A stretch of DNA of 64,000 bases. Origin: a bacterium. Lineage in GTDB: Bacteria > RBG-13-61-14 > DATKZS01. Below are positions 22,039-32,500 of this stretch, in pieces (positions within the stretch are counted from its first letter, which is position 1; each line of letters starts with the position of its first letter). Made by a program: the position numbers and the translations under genes. The stretch lies in the NCBI GenBank assembly GCA_963674965.2, contig CAXXFL010000003.1:128001-192000 (forward strand), given 5' to 3'. The notes beneath the pieces were generated by a model that did no database searches, was not told where the DNA came from, and saw nothing but the letters and a program-made list of their open reading frames with translations.

Positions 22039-22926
22039 TTACAAAGCCCTCCACTCGTCGGGCCTAAGCATGGCGCCTCGAGGGTCGGCCAGGGCCGAGT
22101 CGATTATTTTTACCAACCTTTCCTTGTCCCGGTTAAGGGTCCCCTTGAGGGGCAGCCAGTTGCTGGCGTGGTTGGTCCGAAAGACCGTGTTCTTCATCTC
22201 CGAACCCTCGATGAGGCCCCTTAGTTCCCTGAGTATCTCGAATTTATTCGGCCACTGGAAATCGTCTCCCATCTTTTGGGCGAAGTGGTCCTCGAGGGGG
22301 CCCAGCATGAGGGTAAGGGCCGAGGCGTACTCGGGCTGGAGGGAATTCAAAAGTCCCGCCGTCATGGCCGCGTGCCTCTCGCTTCCTTTCCTTCCCGCCA
22401 GTCCCAGGAGCACGGTGACGGACACCTCGAAGCCGGCCTCGTGGGCCTTGGCCACTCCCTCGATCATGCTCGAGGGGGTACCCTTCTTCTTGACCTTCTC
22501 GAGCACCTCGGGGTCGCCCGACTCGACGCCGTAGTAGAGCATGGTCAGGCCCGCCTTCCTTATGGCGTTCAATTCCTCCTGGCTCTTTACGATCAGGTTG
22601 AGGGGGTTGGCGTAGCTCGTGACCCTTTCCAGGCGGGGGAAGCTTTTATACAGGTAGTCGAGTATCTCCAGGAGCTGGGAAGTCCTTATTACCAGGGCGT
22701 CGCCGTCGGCCAGGAACACGCGGGGCGCCGTCGGCCACTGGCGGACGCAGTAATCTATGTCCCTTTTTATCTCGCTTACCCGCCTTATCTTGAAGCGCTT
22801 GCCCTTGTACATGAGGCAAAAGAGGCAGGCGTTGGCCGAGCAGCCGCGGGTCGCCTGGATGATGAGGCTGTTGGCCTCGGACGGCGGCCGGTAAAGGGGC
22901 ATGTCGTATTCCATGGCGTAACTCAT
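22039..22926 (-). CDS. Radical SAM protein (uncharacterised YRPPSEA family)
   Basis: YRPPSEA, Cx4Cx2C (CSANACLFC), FLADGDAL, GVESG and NHASN. Confidence 0.85.
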   Translation of the reverse strand: MSYAMEYDMPLYRPPSEANSLIIQATRGCSANACLFCLMYKGKRFKIRRVSEIKRDIDYCVRQWPTAPRVFLADGDALVIRTSQLLEILDYLYKSFPRLERVTSYANPLNLIVKSQEELNAIRKAGLTMLYYGVESGDPEVLEKVKKKGTPSSMIEGVAKAHEAGFEVSVTVLLGLAGRKGSERHAAMTAGLLNSLQPEYASALTLMLGPLEDHFAQKMGDDFQWPNKFEILRELRGLIEGSEMKNTVFRTNHASNWLPLKGTLNRDKERLVKIIDSALADPRGAMLRPDEWRAL

Positions 22927-23142
22927 CTCTCCTCCGGATCGGGGGGACGCCCCCCCGGCGGCGGAAAATTATGGACCGCCGCGTATCATAGTGTAGCGGC
23001 AAACTCCGGCAAATAACACCCGCCGGCCCGGACCGGAGACCGGACCCGCGGCCGGCGCGCGTCTTTTGTCCCGCCCGTTGTATTTCGACGGCGGCCCGTG
23101 TAATATCTTCCAAACGATATAAAACCATGAAAGGAAAAAGCC

Positions 23143-23463
23143 ATGTCGGATTCCGACCTGGAGAGGGCCAAAGAGGGGTTCCTGGCCAAGGCCAAAAAGT
23201 ACGCGGGCAAGATACCCTTCATTCCCGACGCGGTGGCCATGTACTACTGCATGCTCGACCCGGAGACCCCGCTTTGGGCCAAGTCCACCATCGCGGCGGC
23301 CCTGGTTTACTTCATCGTGCCCTTTGACGCCATACCCGACGTGCTGGGCCCCATCGGGTTCACCGACGACGCGGCGGTAATCGCGACGGCCCTGGCCACG
23401 GTCGAGAGGTTCGTCACGGACGAGCATCGGGGTCGGGCGAAAAAGTGGCTCGCGGGCGAGTGA
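23143..23463 (+). CDS. YkvA/DUF1232 family protein
   Basis: AALVYFIVPFDAIPDVLGPIGFTDD signature. Confidence 0.88.
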   Translation: MSDSDLERAKEGFLAKAKKYAGKIPFIPDAVAMYYCMLDPETPLWAKSTIAAALVYFIVPFDAIPDVLGPIGFTDDAAVIATALATVERFVTDEHRGRAKKWLAGE

Positions 23464-23473
23464 GGCGTTGGTT

Positions 23474-23920
23474 ATGAAGATAAAGAGAGCGTTTATCAAG
23501 GTCCTGATCAGGATGGCAATGGCGGACAAAAAGCTGGTGCTGGGGGAGTTCCAGGTGCTTAAGAACCTCCAGGCGGACCTGGAGTTTTCCGACGTCGACA
23601 TAGCCCTCCTTATCAAGGAGGCGGAGAACCAGACCCTCGAGGAGATCATCGCGCCCATCCACAAATATGAGGACAGGCTTTTCACGGTCCAGCACGCTTA
23701 TTATCTGGCCACGGTGGACAAGGAATTCCACGAGGAGGAAAAGGCCCTGTTCAAGGAGCTTTTGGAGAATTTCCAAGTCACCAAGGAGGACCTGGACAGG
23801 GTGGGGCGCTCGGCCGTCAAGATAGCCGAGGGCCGCTACGACGCGCTTACCGATCCCGACCTGGCCTATCTCCACAACAATTACATGCAATCCACCTTGT
23901 CGGGAGACCTTTTGGACTGA
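23474..23920 (+). CDS. TerB-like / DjlA N-terminal domain protein
   Basis: MAMADKKLVLGE and LATVDKEFHEEEKALF match the TerB-type ADG....E repeats. Begins 10 bp after the DUF1232 gene. Confidence 0.6.
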   Translation: MKIKRAFIKVLIRMAMADKKLVLGEFQVLKNLQADLEFSDVDIALLIKEAENQTLEEIIAPIHKYEDRLFTVQHAYYLATVDKEFHEEEKALFKELLENFQVTKEDLDRVGRSAVKIAEGRYDALTDPDLAYLHNNYMQSTLSGDLLD

Positions 23921-23954
23921 CCGATATCTTGCCGGTTTTTTCCTTGTTGGCGGC

Positions 23955-24860
23955 TCAGTCGCACTTGGACTCGGGCGGGTAGACGTAAAGAGAGGCTTTC
24001 GGGAAGTCCTCGGGCAGAAAGACCAGGTCCTTGTCCAGCTTGGTGAATCCCTCCCGGCCGAGGTTGACCTCGAGGTGATAGGCCGTGACCTTGCGCTCGA
24101 AGAGCCACCTTTTCTTGTAGGTCGGGTCGAAGGTCAAAAAATCCACGGCCGCCACCGTCTTCCCGTCCCCCTTTTCCGGTCCCGAGCAGATGATCGACTC
24201 CTCGTTGTAACCCACGCAGTCCTGATAGGCGATGGCCGAGGGGGAGGGGGCCTTGTCGATTACCGTCCCGTCCCTGGACAGCACGTAGGCCTGCCTGGCG
24301 TCCCAGTTAAAGGCGACTATTTTATCGCCCATGGCCGCGACGGCCCCCAGGTGGTCGCTCACGATAAAGGAGGACTTGACCCGCAGGGACTCGGGGTCGA
24401 TGGCCATCATCTCGGACTTGGCCCCGATGGGCCGGTAATGGGCCGATGCGACCCACAGGGTCCCCGTCTCGTCCACGTCGATCCCCGAGGGGTGGTACAT
24501 CGAGTCCCGCGTCAGGTCGAGGACCTTGGGCGCCTCGAGTTTCGAGCCGGCGGCCGGGAAACCCTCGGGCCTCTCGTAGCGGTAGAGCAAGGCCTTTTTT
24601 TCGCCGCGCTCGACGCAGGTCGCGAAAACGTACTTGTCGGTAATGGCCAGTCCCTGGGCGTGACACTCTCCCGTGGCCGGCAGCGGTATAACCGACTTGG
24701 GTGGAGAGCAGTAAAAGGCCGTCTCGGACAGGTCGAAGGCGCAGGTCTTCTTCCCCATGGCCGGATCGAGGGCGGCCAGGACAAGGGCCAGGGCGACAAT
24801 AGCCGAAGCCGCGGCGGCGAAGGTATTATAAGTCAAGTCATTGGTTTTGAGCTTCATCAT
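23955..24860 (-). CDS. Secreted beta-propeller-like protein (DUF6454-like)
   Basis: Signal or anchor sequence plus HAQGL, YHPSGID, DHLGAV, NWD and YQDC motifs. Confidence 0.55.
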   Translation of the reverse strand: MMKLKTNDLTYNTFAAAASAIVALALVLAALDPAMGKKTCAFDLSETAFYCSPPKSVIPLPATGECHAQGLAITDKYVFATCVERGEKKALLYRYERPEGFPAAGSKLEAPKVLDLTRDSMYHPSGIDVDETGTLWVASAHYRPIGAKSEMMAIDPESLRVKSSFIVSDHLGAVAAMGDKIVAFNWDARQAYVLSRDGTVIDKAPSPSAIAYQDCVGYNEESIICSGPEKGDGKTVAAVDFLTFDPTYKKRWLFERKVTAYHLEVNLGREGFTKLDKDLVFLPEDFPKASLYVYPPESKCD

Positions 24861-24888
24861 CAATCCCTTGCGCGTTGGGATTCGTGGC

Positions 24889-25674
24889 TCAGTCCAGGTC
24901 GAACTCAGCCACGATGGGGGTGTGGTCGGATGGCTTCTTGGCCTTGCGGGGGGCCACGTCGATATAGGCGTCCCGTGATTTTTCCGCGATGGCCCGCGTT
25001 CCCAGGATATGGTCTACCCGCCAGCCGGCGCCCTTGGCGACCGCGTCCTTTACCCGGTAGTCCCAGAAGGAGTATTGGCCCTCCCCGGGCTTATGCTTGC
25101 GAAAGACGTCCTCGAAGCCCCACTCCATAACTTTTTCCAGCTTTTTTATCACCTCGGGGTGGTAATCCACGTGGCCGAGCAGCCGCTTGGGGTCGTGGAC
25201 GTCGATCGCGGTGGGGGCCACGTTCAAGTCGCCCACCCATAAAAGCTTGTCGCCGGGGGAATAGTTCTTTTGGAAATAGGCCAGGAGACGGTCGAACCAT
25301 TTCAATTTGTATTGGAAGTAGTCGCTCTCGGCGTCCCTTCCCTGGGGCACGTAGGCGTTGACCAGGTGGACCCCATCCACCACCGCCGCGATCAGGCGGG
25401 TCTCGTCCGAGTCCTTGCTCCCGCCCAGGCCGTACCTTACGTCCTCGGCCATGGACTGGGAAATAATGGCCACCCCGTTATAAGCCTTCTCGCCCCGGAA
25501 AGCCACGTTATACCCGGCTTCCCTGATGGGGTCCTCGGGGAAGTCCTTGTCCTGGACCTTGGTCTCCTGGAGACAAAAAGCGTCGGGCTGATGCTTGTGA
25601 AGCCAGTCCAGCAGGATGGGCATCCTGCTCCGGATGGAGTTGACGTTCCAACTCGCTATTTTCCAGGTCCCCAT
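24889..25674 (-). CDS. xth: Exodeoxyribonuclease III / AP endonuclease
   Basis: SWNVNSIR, LQETK, YNGVA, GDLNVAP, WRVDH and SDHTP. Confidence 0.96.
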   Translation of the reverse strand: MGTWKIASWNVNSIRSRMPILLDWLHKHQPDAFCLQETKVQDKDFPEDPIREAGYNVAFRGEKAYNGVAIISQSMAEDVRYGLGGSKDSDETRLIAAVVDGVHLVNAYVPQGRDAESDYFQYKLKWFDRLLAYFQKNYSPGDKLLWVGDLNVAPTAIDVHDPKRLLGHVDYHPEVIKKLEKVMEWGFEDVFRKHKPGEGQYSFWDYRVKDAVAKGAGWRVDHILGTRAIAEKSRDAYIDVAPRKAKKPSDHTPIVAEFDLD

Positions 25675-25702
25675 TTTTCACCTTTCGCGAACGCGGCGCG
25701 GG

Positions 25703-26926
25703 TCATCGTTTTTGCGCCGCCATCAGCACGTGGCCGTATATCGCCGCTCCCAGGGCCACTCCCTCGTCGGGCATGATCTGGTCGTAAATAATATCGCCGA
25801 AAACCTCCCGCAGGCGCTGCTTGATCTTGGGCATGCGCGTCTGGCCGCCAACCAGAAGCATGGCGTCCAGCTTGAGGTTGGGGTCCAGGGTCCGGGCGTT
25901 CTCGATGGTATCGAGGGCCACGGAGATGGTTTTCTCGATCAGGTTGGACATGAGGTAATCGAGCAGGTCCCGGGAGAGCTTGACGTCGATGTCAACCTTG
26001 GGGTCTATCTCGGGTATGACCTTGGACACGTGGATAAGGGTCTGGGGGGTGTCCGAGAGCGCGATCTTGGATTTCTCCGACTCCGTCTTGATGGCCCGCA
26101 GGATGTCCTTGTCCGTGATGCTGATACCCTCACGGTAATTGGCGCCGTCGGCGAAGGTCTTGTTGCGCGTGGATATCTTGAACTCGCTCAAAAGGTAGTC
26201 CAGGATGCCGTGATCGAAATCGTCTCCCCCCAGCCAGGGCTCGCCCATGGTGGCCAGCTCGTCGTATCCTCCCGGCACCCTCCGGAAAACGGAGAAGTCG
26301 AAGGTACCCCCGCCGAGGTCGTAAACCGCGATGGTGTGCTCGCCCTTGTTCTGATACCCGAAGGCGTAGGCGCTGGCCATGGTCTCGTCCAGGAGGCCGA
26401 TGATGTTGAACCCCACCTTTTCCGCCACCTGCTTGATGGCCGTGGAGTACCTGGTCTTCTGCGTGGTGGGCATGGTGATAACCACGTCCTCCATGGGCTC
26501 CTTGAGAAAGGTCTCGCTCATCTGCTTCAAGTAGCGGAAGATGTAAGTGGCTATGTCGATGGGCGTGGCCGTCAGGTCCATCTCGTTGATGCGCACGAGG
26601 ATGTCCATCTCGTGGCTCTTGGCGTTGGGGTCCTTGTCCAGGATGTAATAATACTTCTCCTGGGCGATCTTCACGTCATCCGACTCGTAGCTGCGGCCGA
26701 TGAAGCGCTTGATCGAGTGGATGGTGCAAAAGGGGTTTTCCACGTACTTGGACTTGGCCGCCCGGCCCACCATGACCCTGACGTTCCCCCCCTTCTGGTA
26801 GAAGTAAACCACCGAGGGAACAAGTTTGTATCTTTCCTTGTCCAGCGCCACCTTGGGCTTGCCCTGGTCCAGGTAGGCGACGCAGGAGTTGGTCGTACCG
26901 AAATCTATACCGAAAACCCGGCCCAT
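25703..26926 (-). CDS. Hsp70-family protein, nucleotide-binding domain only
   Basis: GIDFGTTNS, VYDLGGGTFD, LGGDDFD, LVGGQTRMP and PDEGVALGAA. Ends directly after the NBD (407 aa). Confidence 0.88.
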   Translation of the reverse strand: MGRVFGIDFGTTNSCVAYLDQGKPKVALDKERYKLVPSVVYFYQKGGNVRVMVGRAAKSKYVENPFCTIHSIKRFIGRSYESDDVKIAQEKYYYILDKDPNAKSHEMDILVRINEMDLTATPIDIATYIFRYLKQMSETFLKEPMEDVVITMPTTQKTRYSTAIKQVAEKVGFNIIGLLDETMASAYAFGYQNKGEHTIAVYDLGGGTFDFSVFRRVPGGYDELATMGEPWLGGDDFDHGILDYLLSEFKISTRNKTFADGANYREGISITDKDILRAIKTESEKSKIALSDTPQTLIHVSKVIPEIDPKVDIDVKLSRDLLDYLMSNLIEKTISVALDTIENARTLDPNLKLDAMLLVGGQTRMPKIKQRLREVFGDIIYDQIMPDEGVALGAAIYGHVLMAAQKR

Positions 26927-26946
26927 TTTTCCTCCCGATTATGCCG

Positions 26947-27429
26947 TTATTTCTGGCTGGCCATCCGGATGATCTCGTTGGCGATGGCCAGCCTTTCCGT
27001 CGTCTCCCGCAGGCGGTGGGAAAGGACCATCGTAAGCCTCCGGTAAATCTTGAAGGCGATCTCATGGTCGTTTTGCATGAGGTCCATGAAGTATTCCTTT
27101 TTGATACGGAACAACTTCACCTCGGTCCTGGCCCTGACCGTGGCCGAGCGGGGCTCGCCCTCCACCAGGGCCATCTCCCCGAAAAGCTCGCCCTCCCCGA
27201 GAACGGCCACCACCGCCTCCTCGTTGGAGTCGTCCTCGGGCTTGTCCACCACCACCTCGACCTCGCCCTCCCGGACGAGGTACATGGCGTCGCCCGCCTC
27301 ACCCCTTTTAAAGACCTTGCCCCCCGCGTTCAGGCTGACCTTCTGAACAAGGTTCGAGACCTTGATCAGCTCCGAGTTGGAAAGGTCGCGGAAAAGAGGT
27401 ATCTTTTTCAAAAGCTCGAAAGGTTCCAT
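26947..27429 (-). CDS. Stand-alone cyclic nucleotide-binding domain protein
   Basis: IPLF, GDAMYLV..GEVEV and the phosphate-binding cassette FGEMALVEGEPRSATV. No HTH domain. Confidence 0.9.
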   Translation of the reverse strand: MEPFELLKKIPLFRDLSNSELIKVSNLVQKVSLNAGGKVFKRGEAGDAMYLVREGEVEVVVDKPEDDSNEEAVVAVLGEGELFGEMALVEGEPRSATVRARTEVKLFRIKKEYFMDLMQNDHEIAFKIYRRLTMVLSHRLRETTERLAIANEIIRMASQK

Positions 27430-27512
27430 GGATCAAGACCTCCCGTGTGACCGTGTCAATCATATAATAATATGACTTATAACGCGAAACTGTCAACGCA
27501 AGGAGAATAATC

Positions 27513-28823
27513 ATGAAAGGAAAGGCACAAGGGCTGGCCGCGTATTTAACGTTAATCCTCGCGACAATGCTTCCCGCCACGCCCGCCCGGACGGACGGAT
27601 GTTTTTTACCAAAAACTTCCCGGGTTGCCACGAGCTTCGACCAACTGGCGGTTATGGTCAAGACGGAAGATGACGTGACCATGACCCTCTCCACGCAATA
27701 CTCCGGGGACGGCGAGGATTTCGCCTGGATTATACCCGTAAAGGGCCTCTTATCGCCGGGACGCGTATATGAGGCGCCTGAAGATTTGTCCGCGGTATCT
27801 TTTCTGAGCACTTATTCGGCCCCTGAAATCGAGTGGTTATACGAGACGAGGAACTTCGCCGGGGGCGCTTTAGGCATGATGATGGCCGGCCGCGGCCTAA
27901 GCTCCGTCGCCGTAATAGACGGACTGTTGACCGATAACTATGAAGTAAGCGTATTAAAGGCGAAGGATAAGTCTTCCCTTGTCGATTGGCTTCTTGACAA
28001 CGGCTACTCCGTGGCCCCCCGGACGGAGGGCGTATTGGGAGAATATATCCGGGAGGGCTGGTCGTTCGTGGCGGTTAAGATTCGAGCAAGGGCAAGAGGC
28101 GAAAAACGAGGATATCCGCGTCCAATATGCGTCCGTTACAAGAGCGAGGACCTGGTTTTCCCTCTTCGCGTATCCTCGGTCAGCACCAAAGAGGAAGTAA
28201 GAGTAATCCTGATGATCATCGGCGAGAGCACCTTTTCCTCATCCAACTTTGGAATGGGCGAGATGGTCTACAGAAAAGAGGTGGGAAAGCTATACGACGA
28301 GGAACTTTTCATGAGATGGGCGCTGAAAGACAGCCTGGCCTGGACGGGAAAACCCATTGCCGTCACTTTCGCCGGCCGACTTCCCCCCATGGATATCAAG
28401 GAACCGTTGGGAATCCTGGAGGAATACGAGATTCCTTCATGGGCGCTTGACGACCCTGAAGCGCTCAAGCGCTACCTCGAATTCGACCCTGACGAACCTT
28501 TACCCTCGCAATGCATCGATGATTTCTGGGCGCGTATTTTCAGCGCGAAAAGACAATATTTTACCATCCCCATGCAAGGCGAGTGGGGCAGAGCAAGAGG
28601 AGGAGAACCCGCAATCCGGTGGCTTAGAGTGAGTCATAATTGCAATTCTCTGGAATGGCCGGAAAATTTCTGGCTTGGCCGCCTGGACCGGGACAAGACC
28701 TATTACCTTACCAGGTTGGAAACGATCATGACCCCTGACCAGATGATAGACGACGTCCACCTCGAGCCGGATGAGGAAAATAGAAGTTTTGCCGTAAAAT
28801 TTAAAGCCAAACGGGAATACTAG
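27513..28823 (+). CDS. DUF2330-like secreted protein
   Basis: Signal peptide followed by DGCF, DFAWIIPV, LVDWLLDNGY, GWSFVAVK, FPLRVSS and YLTRL. Confidence 0.7.
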   Translation: MKGKAQGLAAYLTLILATMLPATPARTDGCFLPKTSRVATSFDQLAVMVKTEDDVTMTLSTQYSGDGEDFAWIIPVKGLLSPGRVYEAPEDLSAVSFLSTYSAPEIEWLYETRNFAGGALGMMMAGRGLSSVAVIDGLLTDNYEVSVLKAKDKSSLVDWLLDNGYSVAPRTEGVLGEYIREGWSFVAVKIRARARGEKRGYPRPICVRYKSEDLVFPLRVSSVSTKEEVRVILMIIGESTFSSSNFGMGEMVYRKEVGKLYDEELFMRWALKDSLAWTGKPIAVTFAGRLPPMDIKEPLGILEEYEIPSWALDDPEALKRYLEFDPDEPLPSQCIDDFWARIFSAKRQYFTIPMQGEWGRARGGEPAIRWLRVSHNCNSLEWPENFWLGRLDRDKTYYLTRLETIMTPDQMIDDVHLEPDEENRSFAVKFKAKREY

Positions 28824-29122
28824 AAGGAGCAAGGGTAACAATCCGCCGGCAATACAATATCTTTCCGATTCGGCCCGAGTCGTTAGTTTTCTTTTAACGA
28901 GCGTTTTTATTTTCACGAGGCCTTATAATGTGCTATTATTTTTTGTAACGGACACGTAGTTTGCTAATCCATATCGGCGAGGTTAAATATGTATATGGCC
29001 TTGCGGGATATCTCAGTAGTTTTCGAAAAGCAGGAAGTTTTCCGAACTAGCCGTTTACTACCCAAAAATCAGATACCGCCGGAGAATTCGCGCGTGCATG
29101 AAACAAAAAATGGAGATTGCCA

Positions 29123-29587
29123 ATGACCACCGTATCAACCACCTCCGACGTGGAGTCCGTCCTTTCGGCCTTTGAAAGGTCCAGGGAGAACCTCATACCC
29201 ATCCTTCAGGGAGTGCAGCGGAAAGAGGGGTTTATCTCGGAGGACGCGCTCATCAGGATCTCCGAATACCTCGAGCTGTCGCCCAACGACGTTTACGGAG
29301 TGGCCACCTTTTACGCCCAGTTCAGGTTCCTGCCTCCCGGCAAGTGCCAGATCAAGGTCTGCCAGGGAACGGCCTGCCACGTGAGGGGAGGAAAGAACAT
29401 CCTCGACGCCGTCGTCAAAAAGCTGGGCATCAAGCCGGGCGAGACCACGGAGGACCTCGAGTACAGCCTCGAGCGGGTGGCCTGCTTCGGGTCCTGCGCC
29501 CTGGCCCCGGTGGTGGTCATCGACGACAAGGTCTACGGCAGGATGAGCCCGAAGAAAACCGAAGAGCTTATAAAGGATCGCAAATGA
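29123..29587 (+). CDS. nuoE: NuoE/HydC-like [2Fe-2S] subunit
   Basis: LIPILQ, VYGVATFYAQF, CQGTACHVRG and CFGSCALAP. Confidence 0.93.
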   Translation: MTTVSTTSDVESVLSAFERSRENLIPILQGVQRKEGFISEDALIRISEYLELSPNDVYGVATFYAQFRFLPPGKCQIKVCQGTACHVRGGKNILDAVVKKLGIKPGETTEDLEYSLERVACFGSCALAPVVVIDDKVYGRMSPKKTEELIKDRK

Positions 29588-32500
29588 GCTTCACGCGCAT
29601 GAAGGAAAAGGCGAGGCTGGAGTGGGACGACTTCTCCAGCGAGGGAAGACCCCGCGTGCTCATAGGCTCGGCCACCTGCGGCCGGGCCGCCGGAGCTCTC
29701 GAGGTCCTCGAGGTTTTCCGCGACGAGTTCCGGAAGCGGGGCATGAGCGACGAGGTCAAGATTTACGAGGTCGGCTGCCTCGGCCTCTGCTACGCCGAGC
29801 CGCTCGTCGAGATCAAGGACGCCAAGGGCCTCCGGGTCCTCTACCGGGGAGTCATGCCCAGGACCGTGCCCAAGCTGATCGAGAAGCACGTCCTGAACGG
29901 CGAGCCCCACGAAAGGCGGGCCATGGCCGTCATGGGAGAGGGCCAATTAAAGGACGTTCCCTCCTTCGCCGACCTTCCCATGATCCAGAACCAGGTCAGG
30001 ATAGTCCTGCGCAACTGCGGGAACATCGACCCCACCAACGTGGACCACTACGTGGCCAGGGGAGGATACTCCGGCTTCGAGAGATGCCTCGCCATGTCCC
30101 CCGAGGAGGTGATCGAGGAGATGAAGGCCTCGGGCCTCCGGGGCAGGGGAGGGGCCGGTTTTCCCACCGGGCTTAAATGGTCCTTCGCCCGCAAGACCAA
30201 AAGCGACGACAAGTACGTCGTGTGCAACGCCGACGAGGGTGACCCCGGGGCCTTCATGGACAGGTCGGTCCTGGAGGGAGACCCCCACGCCGTGCTGGAG
30301 GGAATGCTTATCGCCGGCTACGCCATCGGCGCCAACCATGGATACGTCTACTGCCGGGCCGAGTACCCCCTGGCCATCGAGAGGCTCAAGATCGCCATCT
30401 CCCAGATGAAGGAAATGGGGGTCTTGGGCGAGAACGTCATGGGAAGCGGCTTTTGCTTCGACGTGAAAATCAAGATGGGCGCGGGGGCCTTCGTCTGCGG
30501 GGAGGAAACCTCGCTCATGGCCTCGATCGAGGGCCAAAGGGGCATGCCCCGCTCCAAGCCGCCCTTTCCCGCCGTTTCCGGACTCTTCGGCAAGCCCACC
30601 AACATCAACAACGTCGAGACCCTGGCGGCCGTTTCGGCCATCATGGAAAAGGGCGCCCAGTGGTACGCCGGGTACGGCACGGAGAAGAGCAGGGGGACCA
30701 AGACCTTCGCCCTGGCCGGCAAGATCAACCGCACCGGGCTCATCGAGGTCCCCCTCGGCATTCCGCTCTCGACCATCATCTTCGACGTGGGAGGCGGCAT
30801 CCTCCACAACAAGAAGTTCAAGGCCGTACAGACGGGCGGGCCCTCCGGCGGCTGCATCCCCCCCGAGCATCTGAACCTTCCCGTTGACTACGAGAACCTG
30901 GCCGAGGTCGGGTCGATCATGGGCTCGGGCGGCATGATAGTGATCGACGAGGACTCCTGCATGGTGGACGTGGCCAAGTACTTCCTGGGCTTCACCGAGG
31001 ACGAGTCCTGCGGCAAATGCGTGCCCTGCAGGATGGGAACCCAGCACCTGCGCCGTATCCTCACCGATATTACCGAGGGCAGGGGACATATTAAAATGCT
31101 CGACCAGATGCAGCTCATCGGCGACACCATGAAAAAGGGTTCCCTTTGCGGCCTGGGCCAGACGGCGGCCAACCCGGTCCTCAGCACCCTCCGTTATTTC
31201 AAGAACGAGTACGAGGCCCATATTTACGACCACAAGTGCCCGGCGACGGTATGCGCCGAGCTTTTCCTCAGCCCCTGCCAGCACGCCTGCCCCATCGAGA
31301 TGGACGTGCCCGCCTATATCGCGCTGGTCCGGGCGGGCCGGCTCGAGGACGCCTACCGGGTCCTGAAAAGGACCAACCCCTTCCCCAGCGTGTGCGGAAG
31401 GGTCTGCGGGCATTACTGCCAGAAGAAATGCCGACGGGCCCAGACGGACGAGCCGGTGGCCATTCGCGCCCTCAAGCGCTTCATCACCGACAACGCGCCT
31501 CATCCCAGGGCCGAGAAGATACCCGTCACGAGAAAGGAGAGGATCGCCGTCATCGGCGCCGGTCCCTCCGGCCTGACCTGCGCCTACGAACTGAGGAGGC
31601 GGGGCTACGAGGTGGTCGTGTTCGAGGCCTCGCCCAAGCCGGGCGGGATGCTGAGATGGGCCATCCCCGACTACCGCCTGCCCCCGGAAATCCTCGAGAA
31701 GGAAATCCAGGAAATAGTTGACATGGGAGTCGAGATCAGGACGGGCATCAAGGTGGGCGACGTGGAGAGCCTCGAGGCCCTGGACCGGCGCTTCGACCAT
31801 ATTTACCTGGCGGTGGGCGCGCAAAAGAGCGTTCCCCTCATGATACCCGGAGAGGACGCCGGAGGAGTGTACGGCGCCATCGAGTTTTTGAAGACGGTCA
31901 ACGCCGGGACGCCGCCGCCCGTGGGCAGGAAGGTGGCCGTGGTCGGCGGCGGCAACTCGGCCATCGACTCGGCCCGCTCGGCCGTAAGGCTGGGGGCGGA
32001 GGACGTGACGCTTTACTACCGGCGCGAGGAAAAAGAGATGCCGGCGCTTCAGGAGGAGATCGACGCGGCCCGCGAGGAGGGCGTCAAGTTCGAGTTCCTG
32101 TCCAGTCCCACCAGGATCATCGAGGCGGGCGGCAAGGTCAAGGGCCTCGAGCTGGTCCGGATGAAGCTGGGCGAGGTTGACGGGAGCGCCAGGAAGCGGC
32201 CCTTCCCGGTCGGCGGCTCGGAGTTCACCATCGAGGCCGACTCCATAATCTCGGCCATCGGGCAGGAGGCCGACCTCGAGTTCGGGCCCGGCAGGAGGCG
32301 CATGGGCGTCGAGTTCGTGTCCAACCGAATCAAGGTGGACAAGAAGGGAAGGAGCCAGAGCACCAAGGTGTGGGCCGGAGGCGACGTGGTCACCGGTCCG
32401 GCCATGGTTATCGACGCCATCCAGGGAGGAAGGGACGCCGCCATGGCCATCGACGAGTCCATTCGGGACCAGAACGGGGAAGAGCTGTGGAGGGAGACCC

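Noticed and set aside
28890-28930. Rex operator upstream of the redox operon
   Set aside because: Only one half-site (TTCACGA) resembles the consensus; no palindrome.
29344-29583. N-terminal extension of the NuoF-GltD ORF
   Set aside because: It overlaps nuoE in another frame. The true start is the coupled ATG at 29584.
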